Shown here: one piece after another, positions 8,754 through 18,453 of the stretch
Position numbering within the stretch: the stretch's first letter is position 1
How the letters are laid out: each line of letters starts with the position of its first letter
NCBI GenBank assembly: GCA_963816145.1
Contig: CAWFJP010000004.1
Span: 416,001 to 480,000, forward strand
Length of the DNA: 64,000 nucleotides
From: an uncultured delta proteobacterium
GTDB lineage: Bacteria > Desulfobacterota > Binatia > UBA9968
Direction of reading: 5' to 3'
Notes under the pieces: generated by a model
Databases searched by the model: none
What the model saw: only the letters and a program-made list of their open reading frames with translations
What the model was told of the DNA's origin: nothing
Position numbers and translations under genes: made by a program

Positions 8754-10364
8754 TCATTGGGTGAAGTATCGCTTCTCGACCAGCGGTAAAGAAATGCTGC
8801 CGGCGCTGAGAAGCTTGTCGTGGAATGCGCATAGATTGAATTTATTGCCGAGCCGTTTTTGTTCCTGGTCGCGCAGGCGGTTGATGATCGACCAGCCCAA
8901 GGCGTAGCCCATCGGCCCCGACGGGGATTGGCTGTACCAGTTCAAATCGCCGCAGGCCTGTTCGCGCGGGAAGTGGAGTTCGCGCACCATCAAGTCCGCC
9001 GCTTCGTCGTAGGTGAGCTTTCCGGTCTGAGTTTTGACGTCGATGATGATTCGCAGCGCGCGCCACAGCCGGTCCTTGAGCATGACGAAGCGGTGTTCTG
9101 GCGATTTCAGAAATCCCTGCTCCTGCATCAATTGCTCGCAATAAAGCGCCCAGCCTTCGTAGAACACCGACGACTCGTTCATCAAGCGCGGCAAGGTCGC
9201 GGCGGCAGGCGTGCAGTTGGCGATGGAAAATTGCAGGTGATGTCCGGGATAGCTCTCGTGCACCGAGGTATTTTCCAGCCCGACGTAGTTGTGCTCGCGC
9301 AGCAAATCGTCGCTGGTCACCGGCGTGACATAGTAGTAGCCCATTTGATTGGGATCTTTGGGCGAGGGCGAGAGATACGCGGCAAAGGGAATCTCATGGC
9401 GGCGGAATACCGGTGTGTATACGACGTGGAGCTCTTCCTTGGCGGGAAAGGTGACGAGCTTTTTCTCGCGGACGAAGTCCCGCGCCGCGCTCATCGCTTT
9501 CTCATAGACCGATAGGATCTGTTCGCTACTTGGATGGTTTTCCTGGATCGCTCTGGCCGCCGCTTCGACGCCTTTGCCCGGCGCCAACTCTTCGGCTAGG
9601 GCTTCGAGTTCAAGTTTGGTCTTGGCGAAAAGACTCTCACCCAAGGCGAGCAGAGTTTGCGCGTCGTGATCGAGGAAGTGCTTTTTTCTCAAGAGCAGGT
9701 TGAAATGCTCTTCGCCCACCGCGTAGCTGGCATTGCTGCGGGGTAAGAGATGGCTTTCGAGAAAGCTGGCGAAGTCATGCATCGCTGTCTTGGCTTTGGC
9801 GATGGCGCTGTGCAGAGCGGCGCTGTCTTTAACTTCGCTTTGCACTTTTGGATGTTGGGGCAGGCTGTCGAGAAAGGCGATGCCGCCTTTAGCGCCCTCA
9901 ATGGCGTTTTCGGTCCAGAGTTTGGGCGGATTGGCAGCCCTGCGGCCGAGGTTGGTGATGCCCTGCCGAATCAGCGCCGGGGTACGATCGAGCCGGCTGA
10001 GTAAGTTCCCGGCGAGATCGCTGGTCGCCCGCACGGTGAGAATATAAATCGCCTCGATGGGGGAATAGGTGTCTGGTTGTTTGAGGCGATAGTCTTCCTT
10101 GGCCTGCTCGTAGCTTTGGATCAAGAGGCGGCCTTCGAGAAGCGCGTAGTCGATGGCTTCGTCGGCAGTCAAATCCGCCGGCGAAATCCCGCGCAGCTTG
10201 CGCAGCGATTCCTTGACAAAAATTGTTTCCGCTTTGTAGCTCTTGTCCGAGTAATCGTTGAGCAGGTGATCGTAGCCTTCGATGCCGTAATAGATGGCGT
10301 CCGTCGGGTGAAGCTCGAAGTGTTGTTTGAAATAGCGGGTGCAGAAATCAGCGAACTTTGACAT
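8754..10364 (-). CDS. DUF885 family protein (metallopeptidase-like)
   Basis: HESYPGHHLQ, FYEGWALYCE, LWRALRIIID, FHDKLLSAGS motifs. Confidence 0.88.
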   Translation of the reverse strand: MSKFADFCTRYFKQHFELHPTDAIYYGIEGYDHLLNDYSDKSYKAETIFVKESLRKLRGISPADLTADEAIDYALLEGRLLIQSYEQAKEDYRLKQPDTYSPIEAIYILTVRATSDLAGNLLSRLDRTPALIRQGITNLGRRAANPPKLWTENAIEGAKGGIAFLDSLPQHPKVQSEVKDSAALHSAIAKAKTAMHDFASFLESHLLPRSNASYAVGEEHFNLLLRKKHFLDHDAQTLLALGESLFAKTKLELEALAEELAPGKGVEAAARAIQENHPSSEQILSVYEKAMSAARDFVREKKLVTFPAKEELHVVYTPVFRRHEIPFAAYLSPSPKDPNQMGYYYVTPVTSDDLLREHNYVGLENTSVHESYPGHHLQFSIANCTPAAATLPRLMNESSVFYEGWALYCEQLMQEQGFLKSPEHRFVMLKDRLWRALRIIIDVKTQTGKLTYDEAADLMVRELHFPREQACGDLNWYSQSPSGPMGYALGWSIINRLRDQEQKRLGNKFNLCAFHDKLLSAGSISLPLVEKRYFTQ

Positions 10365-10491
10365 GCAGGTGAAATATCATCGAATCGGCGCCGGCGCAAT
10401 TTTCGTCGGCGCACGACGAATCTTAGCATCGAGCGATGGCAAAGATTGGACATCTTCGGCGCCGCCGATCCGAGCAAGCGATCGGTATTGG

Positions 10492-11280
10492 CTAGCGCGC
10501 CGATGCGGCTGGGCGATCCAAGACGACGTTGGTGACCGCTGGTGAGCGTTCCAAGATTTTTAGTGCGTCTAGTCCAACTCGAAGGGCGATGCCGGGAATT
10601 TTTCGATAGATCCGGGTGACCCGGTAGCGGGTGCCGACCAGTTCAGCCAACACGTAGCTTTGCACGTCATGGATGGCGGCTCTTTGTAGAGCGAGCAAAT
10701 TCTCATCGAGCAACTCTTCGCGCTGCCATGGTGTTCGCAGGCCTGCCAGCACGAGCACCGTGCCGTCGGCTGCCACGCGCTTGAAGATCTGCGGCGGCAC
10801 CTTTTCCGCTATCGCGCTTGCGGTGAACGATACCGTTGAGCCGGCCTGGGCCGTATCGGTGCTCGCTTCATCAGGTTTTTTTATCGCCGGCCGATCGAGC
10901 AGTACGTTGGTAACAATCGGTAGGCGCGCCAACTCGGCCAACGCATCGGCGCCGACTTCCAACGCGATGCCGGGGATTTCTTGGTAGCGGCGCACAACCG
11001 TGAACGTGCGGCCTGCTAGGTGTTCCAATAGATCGTCTTGTCTTGCCGCAATGGCGCTGCGCTGGGCACGCAAGTCATCTGGGTTCAGGCTCGATTCCAT
11101 TTGCCAGGGCAAAGCCAAGCCCACCAGAACCCAGGCGCTGCCGTGAGCGGCGGTGTGGTCGATGACGTCACGGGGAATTTTATCGGAGGATTGGCCCTGG
11201 GCGGCTGCCAAGAAGAAAAAAAGTAGTGCCGCGCAGCAACCTAGTTTCAACATTCCTTTGTTCCGAAGATTTCGACTCAT
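10492..11280 (-). CDS. Secreted protein with two tandem ~85-aa domains resembling subtilase propeptide (I9 inhibitor)
   Basis: Signal peptide; internal duplication VLVGL..PWQ.E..L..QR.AI...Y..IPGIAL.VG.DAL..L.R.P.VTNV.LDRPA. Confidence 0.65.
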   Translation of the reverse strand: MSRNLRNKGMLKLGCCAALLFFFLAAAQGQSSDKIPRDVIDHTAAHGSAWVLVGLALPWQMESSLNPDDLRAQRSAIAARQDDLLEHLAGRTFTVVRRYQEIPGIALEVGADALAELARLPIVTNVLLDRPAIKKPDEASTDTAQAGSTVSFTASAIAEKVPPQIFKRVAADGTVLVLAGLRTPWQREELLDENLLALQRAAIHDVQSYVLAELVGTRYRVTRIYRKIPGIALRVGLDALKILERSPAVTNVVLDRPAASAR

Positions 11281-11483
11281 GGCAAATCTCCTTCGGCTTT
11301 TCGGTTAGGCTGAGGATGTGCAGCGGGGCGATTTCAATCCACAGCAAGATTCTACACTCGTTGTGTAGCGTCTGTCGAGGGGCCGTTTAAACATTGCCAT
11401 TGCACTCTGCCGGCACCCAGGAAAACCAGCTACTCAATTAGCATAAGATAATTGAAATTGACGATCGGTCCAGCTGGGGTATA

Positions 11484-12638
11484 GTGCAGGCATTGCTTTG
11501 GTGGCGGAGGTTTTGTGTGCAGAGATTGATCGGCCTGGGTTTAACGCACAGTATAGCGCTGGCCTTCGGCATTTTCCTGTCTGCCGCAAATGCGCTATGC
11601 GCGGATGCGCCGCGGCCATCCCGGTGGGAGACCACGGTCGAAGCGGCCAAGAAGGAAGGCCAGGTCAACATCTATCTTTACCGCTACGGGCGGGTGCTCG
11701 ATGTCTTTCGCAGTGACTACCCGGAGATCCGGCCGTATTTGCTTACCGGCACCGGCGCGCAGATCACGACGAAGATTTTGACCGAGCGCAGAGCCGGGCG
11801 CTACCTTGCCGACGTGGTCGGCTTGGGTTCGTCGAATTACCGGATACTGCATCAGCAGGCAAAGATTCTCGACCCTATTCAGCCGGCGTTGATGCTTCCC
11901 GAAGTGCTCGATGGCGCGCGCTGGTACGGCGGCAAGCATCGCTATCTCGATGCCGAGAACAAGTATGTCTTTGCCTATCTCGCCAACGCCAGTTCGGGAC
12001 AGCTCTATTACAACACCGCGCAGGTCAATCCCAAAGAGTTCACCTCCTATTACGATCTGTTCAAGCCCAAGTGGAAGGGTAAGATCGTTATGCTCGATCC
12101 GCGGCCGCGCACCGAGATCGGCACCACCATGCAGTTTTTTTATTACAATCCGGAACTCGGGCCGGGATTTATTCGGCAGTTGTTCGGCGCCAAGGAGATT
12201 ACTTTTAGCCGCGACAGCCGGCAGATGATCGACTGGCTGGGACAAGGGAGATTCTCGATCTGCTTCGGTTGCTCCGGCGCGCTCAAGGCCAAGAATCAGG
12301 GACTGCCCATCGAGATCTTCGACACCAGCCTGTGGAAAGAGGGCGCCAGTTTTTCGGTCGGCGGCGGCACGCTATCGACACCGAGCCAGGGATCCCATCC
12401 CAACGCCGCCAAGGTTTTCACCAATTGGTATCTGTCGCGCCGCGGTCAAATAGCGCTGCAAAAACTTGGCGACCCCGACGAACCGCCCAACTCGGCGCGC
12501 ATCGATATTCCCAAGGACGAGATTCAAGTGCACAACAAACTGATCGACGGCCGTAAATATTTCGACGCCAGCCGACCGGAGTTCGAAGATATCGATGGCG
12601 CGTTCAAGACCGCGGTTCAGGCGATGGATGGACGCTGA
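11484..12638 (+). CDS. ABC-type extracellular solute-binding protein (AfuA/FbpA-like fold)
   Basis: AAKKEGQVNIY, PKWKGKI, HPNAAKVFTNWYLS motifs; exact start uncertain. Confidence 0.85.
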   Translation: MQALLWWRRFCVQRLIGLGLTHSIALAFGIFLSAANALCADAPRPSRWETTVEAAKKEGQVNIYLYRYGRVLDVFRSDYPEIRPYLLTGTGAQITTKILTERRAGRYLADVVGLGSSNYRILHQQAKILDPIQPALMLPEVLDGARWYGGKHRYLDAENKYVFAYLANASSGQLYYNTAQVNPKEFTSYYDLFKPKWKGKIVMLDPRPRTEIGTTMQFFYYNPELGPGFIRQLFGAKEITFSRDSRQMIDWLGQGRFSICFGCSGALKAKNQGLPIEIFDTSLWKEGASFSVGGGTLSTPSQGSHPNAAKVFTNWYLSRRGQIALQKLGDPDEPPNSARIDIPKDEIQVHNKLIDGRKYFDASRPEFEDIDGAFKTAVQAMDGR

Positions 12639-12697
12639 CAGTTTTCGACCGCGGCAAGCTGTTTGAATTGAAATTAACCAGGGAGAACGATTAACCC

Positions 12698-13985
12698 ATG
12701 GAACTGTCACTGCTCGATTACTCGATCGACCAACTGGAGTGGGGCGCGCGCAGCGCGCTGACCGGTCGATCGCTGACCGTCTCGCAGGCCGACATTCGTG
12801 CACTTGCTCGGTGATTTAAGCCACGGCATTCGCGTCGACTTGGAGCTCGCCCGTCCCGGCGAGTCGAAGCGCATCGTCCATGTGCTCGATACGGTACTGC
12901 CGATTGCTAAGCTTGCCGGTGCCGGCACGGCCTTTCCAGGCTTCCATGAATCGGCAAAACTCGTCGGCACTGGGAAAACCGCGCGCCTCAATAATCTTCT
13001 GGTCACCGTGGCCGGGCGCTTCCCGCAGTTCGAATCGTTGTCGCCGATCGAAAAGCCGCGCGAGGGGATCATCGATATGGCCGGTGTCGGCGCACCCTAC
13101 GCTTACGGTTCGGATCGATTTCATGTCGTGCTGTCGCTCACACCCGACCCGTCGGTCTCCAACGCCGGCTTTGATCAGGCGCTGAGAAACATGGCGCTGC
13201 GCTGCGCGAGCTTTCTGGCGCGGGTGGACAAAAACAACTGCGAGCCGGCGGAGCAGCGGATTGCTTTGCCGCCGGTCGATCAACGTTTGCCCAAAGTGGT
13301 GCTGATCTACCAGGTGCAGAGCCAGCTGTGCTGCGCGCGCACATTTTATTACGGCGAAGAAATTTCCAAAACCTTGCCCACCTTCGTTCATCCCAGCGAA
13401 TTTTTCGACGGCGCGGTGGTCAGCGGCAATTATAAAAGCGAGCGCAAGGTGCCGACATCTTTGCACTGCGATAATCCGTTCATCGCCGACTTGCTCGCGC
13501 GCCACGGCAAAACCCTGAACTTCCTGGGCGTGATTCTGTCGCGCGGTTACAACGATAGTTTTGAGCAGAAAAAAAAGCTCGGGCTTTGGGTGGCGCGCCT
13601 GGCGCGAAATCTTGGAGCCGACGGAGCGGTCGCCTTCATGGAGGGCACCGGCAACGGCACGGTGGACTTCATGCAAACCGTCAAGGCTTGCGAGGACGAG
13701 GGTGTTAAAACCGCCGCCGTCTTGCATGAATCGAACGGTCCCAAGGGTTACGAGCGGCCTTTGGTCGACCATCCCAAGGAGGCCGATGGGATGATCAGCC
13801 GCGGCAATGTTTCGGAAAAAATCTATATCCCGCCGCTCGACTCGGTAATCGGCGCCACGACGCTCGATCTCCACTTGAAGGCGAGCCACGATGCGCGCTT
13901 GCCGTTTCTTTTCGACCCAACGATCTTTTTCGCTTCCTACAGCAAGATGGGTAGCAGCGGCTTTCGCGCGGAATATGAGAACTGA
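12698..13985 (+). CDS. grdE: Glycine/sarcosine/betaine reductase component B proprotein subunit (GrdE/GrdG/GrdI family); one +1 frameshift near 12803
   Basis: ATG 12698 after GGGAGA gives MELSLLDYSIDQLEWGARS..., joining the 12798 frame VDLELARPGESKRI, EGIIDMAG.GA.Y, DGAVVSGN, NFLGVI, GADGA, EG.GN. Confidence 0.8.
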
Positions 13986-14067
13986 CGTACCGCAATCGAA
14001 GATGAACAGAGATTAACCGTAAAGCGCCTAGCGCGGCAGATCCGTAACCCAATAAGAAGTAAGATGT

Positions 14068-14148
14068 TCACCACGAAGGACACGAAGATCACGAAGTTCG
14101 GAGTTCAAACTATCCGAAACCTTCGTGGCCTTCGTGCCTTCGTGGTGA
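14068..14148. repeat. CACCACGAAG...CTTCGTGGTG palindromic intergenic element; copies at 16835-16940, 18102-18381 and 32033-32103
   Basis: Arms of 9-mer CACGAAGNN units with terminal TCACCACGAAG / CTTCGTGGTGA. Confidence 0.75.
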
Positions 14149-14352
14149 GATCGCATTTTGCGTTTAGCAGAGCAATTTAGGAGCCTTGGCGCGGGAAAAT
14201 TGCGCCAGCCGCGAAAATTTCAAAATATAATAATACAATTTCACATCGAAATAAGATTCTGATTCGGAAGGTTGGCCGCAAAGAACGGAAAAAGGAATTG
14301 AAATTGTTGGGGGCAACCCGCCGTGGTTGCCGATCCATTACGGAGGCGCGCG

Positions 14353-15651
14353 ATGATCAAAGTGCTGCACTATTTGAACCAGTTTTTCGCCGGCATCGGC
14401 GGCGAAGAGAAGGCCGGGCAGGAAGCGCTCTTGCTGCCCCATGCGGTGGGCGTCGGTAGCGTGATCGAAACTGCATTGAAAGCGCACGGCGTGGAATACG
14501 CAACGATCGTTTGCGGCGACAACTATTTTCACGAGGCGGAACCCGAAGCGTTGCGCACGATCGGCTCGGCGATCGATGAGTTTCACCCGGATCTCTTCCT
14601 GGCCGGTCCTGCGTTCAACGCCGGCCGCTATGGCCTCGCCTGCGCCAAGCTGTGCAGTTGGGTGCGCGACAATTGGCGCATTCCGGCGATTACCGGCATG
14701 GACGAAAATAATCCGGGAACCCAGGAGATCGGCCGCCATGTTTTCGTTGTGCAAACCGGCGCTTCGACGGCGTCGATGGCGGAGACTTTGAAGCGGTATT
14801 CCCAGCTGATCGAAAAATTGCTGGCGCAAGATGCCGCCGCGGTGGAAAATTTCCGCGCCGAGCACTGTCTGCCGATCCCGCGCCGGTTCACGGTAAAAAC
14901 CGGCAAGCCGGATTATGTCCGCGCCACGGATCTGTTGCTGTCCAAGCTCAACGGCCAAGCCTATACAAGTGAAATTCCGCGCATCGAAACCGAAGCGCAC
15001 ACGATTCCAAATTTGGCCGGTATTTTGAGCGAGGCCACCGTGGCGCTGGTTACCGAAGGCGGCTTGGTGCCAACGGGAAATCCGGATCGTTTGGAAAGTT
15101 CGCGCGGCTCGAAATATTTCAAGTATTCGCTCGCCGGGCGCGACGATCTCAAGCGCGGCGAGTTCGCGGCGATGCATACCGGTTACGACACCTCCACGGT
15201 CGATCAAGATCCCGATCGCATCGTTCCGGTCGACGCCATGCGCGCGCTGGAGAAGGCGCAAAGGATCAAAAAACTCTACGATCATTATTTCGTCACCACC
15301 GGCACCGGCGCCATGCCGAGCAAGATGGCTGAGCTCGGCGCCGGCATCGCCGACGAGCTGGTGACCGCCGGCGTCAACGCGGTCATTTTGACCGCCACGT
15401 GAGGAACCGGCACTCGTAGCGGCGCTACGATCAGCAAAGAAATTGAGAAGAAAGGAATCCCCGTCGTCCTGATCACCTGTCTTGCCAACGTCGCGCAGCA
15501 AGTCGGCGTCGGCAGGATTCTCGCCGGCAGCAAATTTCATTACCCGGTCGGACAACCCGAACTGCCGCCGCAGGAAGAACTGCGCTGGCGCGTCGCGCTC
15601 CTCGAGAAAGCGCTCGCTTCCCTGGAAACTAGGCAGGAGGCGAAGAATTGA
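14353..15651 (+). CDS. grdB: Selenoprotein B of the glycine/sarcosine/betaine reductase family (432 aa, Sec at codon 350)
   Basis: HYLNQFFAGIGGEEKA, CGDNYF, AGPAFNAGRYG, DPDRIVPVD; in-frame TGA at 15400-15402 in AVILTAT-U-GT; GrdB-like sequence continues (GATISKEIEKKGIPVV...RILAG...HYPVGQP) to TGA 15649-15651. Confidence 0.9.
15414..15430 (+). promoter_or_regulatory. Bacterial SECIS element of grdB-like gene
   Basis: TCGTAGC-GGC-GCTACGA perfect hairpin starting 11 nt after the UGA, G-led apical loop. Confidence 0.75.
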
Positions 15652-15774
15652 AAAAATGGAGAATGGAAAATTGATAATGGAGAATGACGGGGAGGCGAGG
15701 GGGAATTGAGAATGGATAATGGAGAATTGATAATTGAAAATGCGGGGGAAGGGGGATGGGTTATTCGACTCTTT

Positions 15775-15845
15775 CCGTCATACCGTTGAAGAACGGTATC
15801 CAGGTGCATGATGGGCCTGGATTCCCGCGTGCGCGGGAATGACGG
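15775..15845. repeat. Composite REP-like element (CGTCAT..hairpin..ATCCAG / CTGGAT..hairpin..ATGACG); near-identical inverted copy at 45406-45476
   Basis: CCGTCATACCGTTGAAGAACGGTATCCAG + CTGGATTCCCGCGTGCGCGGGAATGACGG; both copies 71 bp. Confidence 0.8.
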
Positions 15846-15880
15846 AATGATCAGTTCACTTCTCGTTGGAGCAATTTTCG

Positions 15881-16744
15881 CTAACTTCTTCCCGTGAGCT
15901 TCCGTCCTTGGTCCAAGACTCCGAACGTGCGCGGCGATGAGGGCATGAGGAAACGGTAGCCGTCTTTCACCAACCGCTCGATGTTTTTGCCGTCCGGATG
16001 CGGATGGCCGCAGGGGACGTTGTGTTCTTTGCAGATTTTCAAAATGCTGTTGATTGCGTCGGCGACCACCGGGTGGTCGTAGTCGCGCGGATGGCCGAGC
16101 TCCTGGCTCAGATCGCCTTCGCCGATCAGGACCACGCCGATACCGGGCACTTCTTTTAAAATCTTCGGCAGGTTTTCGATGGCGCGCATCTCTTCGCATT
16201 GGATGACCACCAGGACTTCGCCATCCGGCGCCAGCGGCCAGACATCGGCGCGCTTGTAATATTCCTGTTGCGGCAGCCCCCAGTAGCGCGCGGCGCGGGC
16301 CGGCGCGTCGCCGCGGATGCCGGGCGGATGGTAGCGCGGCGCGCTCTTGAGGCGCGGATAGCGGCAGGCGCCGACGGCGTTGGCCGCCTCTTCGACCGAG
16401 CTGACATGGGGGAAGATGATGCCCATGACGCCGATATCGAGCACCTGCTTGGCGATCCAGCTGTTCATTTCGATGCCGTTGGGCGGTACGCGCACCATCG
16501 GCGTGACCGCGGGCGCGAGGGTGCCGCCGGCGACGATCTGGCCGCGGTCGAGCATGAATTGCAGGGCATTGCGCAGGCCGGGAAAATCCAGCGGCGCATG
16601 TTCCATTTCAAAAGCGACGCCGTCCAGCTTGGTGCCGGCCATGGCGACGGCATTCTCGATGTCGACGGGAGTGAAGGCGACGAAGGCGGTCTGGCCTTGT
16701 TCGAGGGCTTTGATAACGCCGTTGAGGCGAGGTATGTCTGGCAT
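15881..16744 (-). CDS. HpcH/HpaI aldolase/citrate lyase family protein
   Basis: FEMEHAP, PMVRVP, KQVLDIGVMGIIFPHV, GIRG, IGEGDLSQELG; start at MPDIPRL after AGGAG. Confidence 0.88.
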   Translation of the reverse strand: MPDIPRLNGVIKALEQGQTAFVAFTPVDIENAVAMAGTKLDGVAFEMEHAPLDFPGLRNALQFMLDRGQIVAGGTLAPAVTPMVRVPPNGIEMNSWIAKQVLDIGVMGIIFPHVSSVEEAANAVGACRYPRLKSAPRYHPPGIRGDAPARAARYWGLPQQEYYKRADVWPLAPDGEVLVVIQCEEMRAIENLPKILKEVPGIGVVLIGEGDLSQELGHPRDYDHPVVADAINSILKICKEHNVPCGHPHPDGKNIERLVKDGYRFLMPSSPRTFGVLDQGRKLTGRS

Positions 16745-16993
16745 TTGAAACTCTCCTGAATGTTTGAAAGTAAATGTGCGACCTATAAACATTGCGCGGG
16801 ACGGCTCGACAAATGGCAGCAGAAAAGTTGTTGACACCACGAAGACGCGAAGGAACGCAGCTTGCGGACAATCGCTGCAAATTTTGTCTGGTACAAGTCC
16901 TTCGCAGGACAAAGAGCTTCTGGGTGCTTTCTCCGTGGTGAGAACGAATTTTAATGATCAATGTCTTATCGACCGAACACGGGAGGATTGACA

Positions 16994-17995
16994 ATGATCA
17001 TCGACGCACATAATCACTTCACCACTGCGCCGGCGCAGCTGCAGGCCTACCGCGGGCAACAGATCACCAATATGGCAAAACCGATACGCGCCAAACTTGT
17101 CATCAGCGACGAGGAACTGGCGCGGTCGATGCAGGGCCAGCTCAAGCGCATGGCCGAGAACGGCATCGACCGCTTGCTGTTTTCGCCGCAGGCGGGGGCG
17201 ATGGGGCATCACTTCGGTTCCCCGCTGGTGAGCCGCTATTGGACCGAAGCGTGCAATGATTTGATTGGACGCGTCGCGAAAATGTTCCCGGACAAGATCT
17301 CGCCGGTCTGCCAGTTGCCCCAGTCGCCCGGGGTCGGTCCCAAGGAATGGGTCGACGAGCTCGGTCGCTGCGTGAAGGAAATGGGCTTTGTCGGCTGCAA
17401 CGTCAACCCCGACCCCGCCGGCGGGCGCGAGCCGTTGACACCGTCGATGGCCAGCGAGTGGTGGTATCCGCTCTGGGAGAAGCTCGTCGAGCTCGACGTG
17501 CCGTGCACGGTGCATGCCAGCGCGTCGCTCAACCCGGCGATGCACCTGACCAATGCCTACTATATCGGTCAGCATAACTCGGCCGCCGTGGAGCTGTTGC
17601 GCTCGCGCGTGTTCAAGGATTTTCCCAAGTTGAAAATTATCATCCCCCATGGCGGCGGAGCGATTCCGTTTCAGTGGAACCGTCAGCGCGGCATGCATGT
17701 GAAGGAAGGGCTCGAACCGTTCGAAGAAGCGGCGCGCTGGGTCTATTGGGACATGGCGATCTATGACAAGGAATCGATGGAACTCTTGATCAAGCGCGTC
17801 GGCGCCGACCGTGTATTGTTCGCAACCGAGATGTTTGGCGCGGTCAACGCCATCGATCCCAAGACCGGGCGCAACTTTGAAGATCTGGTGCCGATTTTCC
17901 AGTCCATCGATTGGCTAAGCGATGAGGAGCGTTACAATATCTCCGAAGGGAACGCGCGCCGGGTATTTTCCAAGATGTTCGCCGAGAAAAAGTAA
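16994..17995 (+). CDS. ligJ: Amidohydrolase-2 family, 4-oxalomesaconate hydratase (LigJ)-like
   Basis: MIIDAHNHFTTAP, FSPQAGAMGHH, VCQLPQSPGV, NVNPDP.GG, WYPLWEKLVELDVP, IIPHGGGAIPF, LFATEMFGAV..IDP.TG. Confidence 0.75.
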   Translation: MIIDAHNHFTTAPAQLQAYRGQQITNMAKPIRAKLVISDEELARSMQGQLKRMAENGIDRLLFSPQAGAMGHHFGSPLVSRYWTEACNDLIGRVAKMFPDKISPVCQLPQSPGVGPKEWVDELGRCVKEMGFVGCNVNPDPAGGREPLTPSMASEWWYPLWEKLVELDVPCTVHASASLNPAMHLTNAYYIGQHNSAAVELLRSRVFKDFPKLKIIIPHGGGAIPFQWNRQRGMHVKEGLEPFEEAARWVYWDMAIYDKESMELLIKRVGADRVLFATEMFGAVNAIDPKTGRNFEDLVPIFQSIDWLSDEERYNISEGNARRVFSKMFAEKK

Positions 17996-18227
17996 GCGCG
18001 GCAAGGTTGGCTTTCGGTGCGCAGGGCACCAGGGTAAGGCAGCAAGCGAGACTCGGGTTGTGTCTGGCAAAGTCGCAAGGAGTGCAGTCCAGGGTCCGCT
18101 TTCACCACGAAGTACACGAAGGTCGCGAAGTTCGGAATTAAATAGTCCGAAGCCTTCGTACGCTTCAAGCCTCCTTAGAAAATGCATGTGCAGTTACGAT
18201 CTGGGCGACGAATTGGCATGAGGCTTC

Positions 18228-18295
18228 CGTCATGCCGGCGAAGGCCGGCATCCAGGGGAGGGAGGGGATGGATACCGGCTTTCGCCGGTATGACG
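18228..18295. repeat. Composite REP-like element; inverted relative at 55129-55197; related partial copies at 18952-18985, 43271-43374 and 45491-45542
   Basis: CGTCATGCCGGCGAAGGCCGGCATCCAG ... TGGATACCGGCTTTCGCCGGTATGACG. Confidence 0.8.
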
Positions 18296-18453
18296 AATCA
18301 AGGGAGCAACCATGTGGCGCTGGGAGGGCTGCAAGTTCATATTCTGTAGACGAGCGTAAGCTCATGGTCACTTCGTGGTGAGATTGAAGGAAAAACGACT
18401 TTCGTCAAGCGTAAAACTTTGAGCCCCACCAGTTGGGTATCGATAACCCGATT

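Noticed and set aside
14338-15555. Long antisense ORFs (405 aa here; also 12816-13889, 21817-22743, 45891-47048, 58103-58912)
   Set aside because: Shadow frames of well-supported GC-rich genes on the opposite strand, with no recognisable motifs
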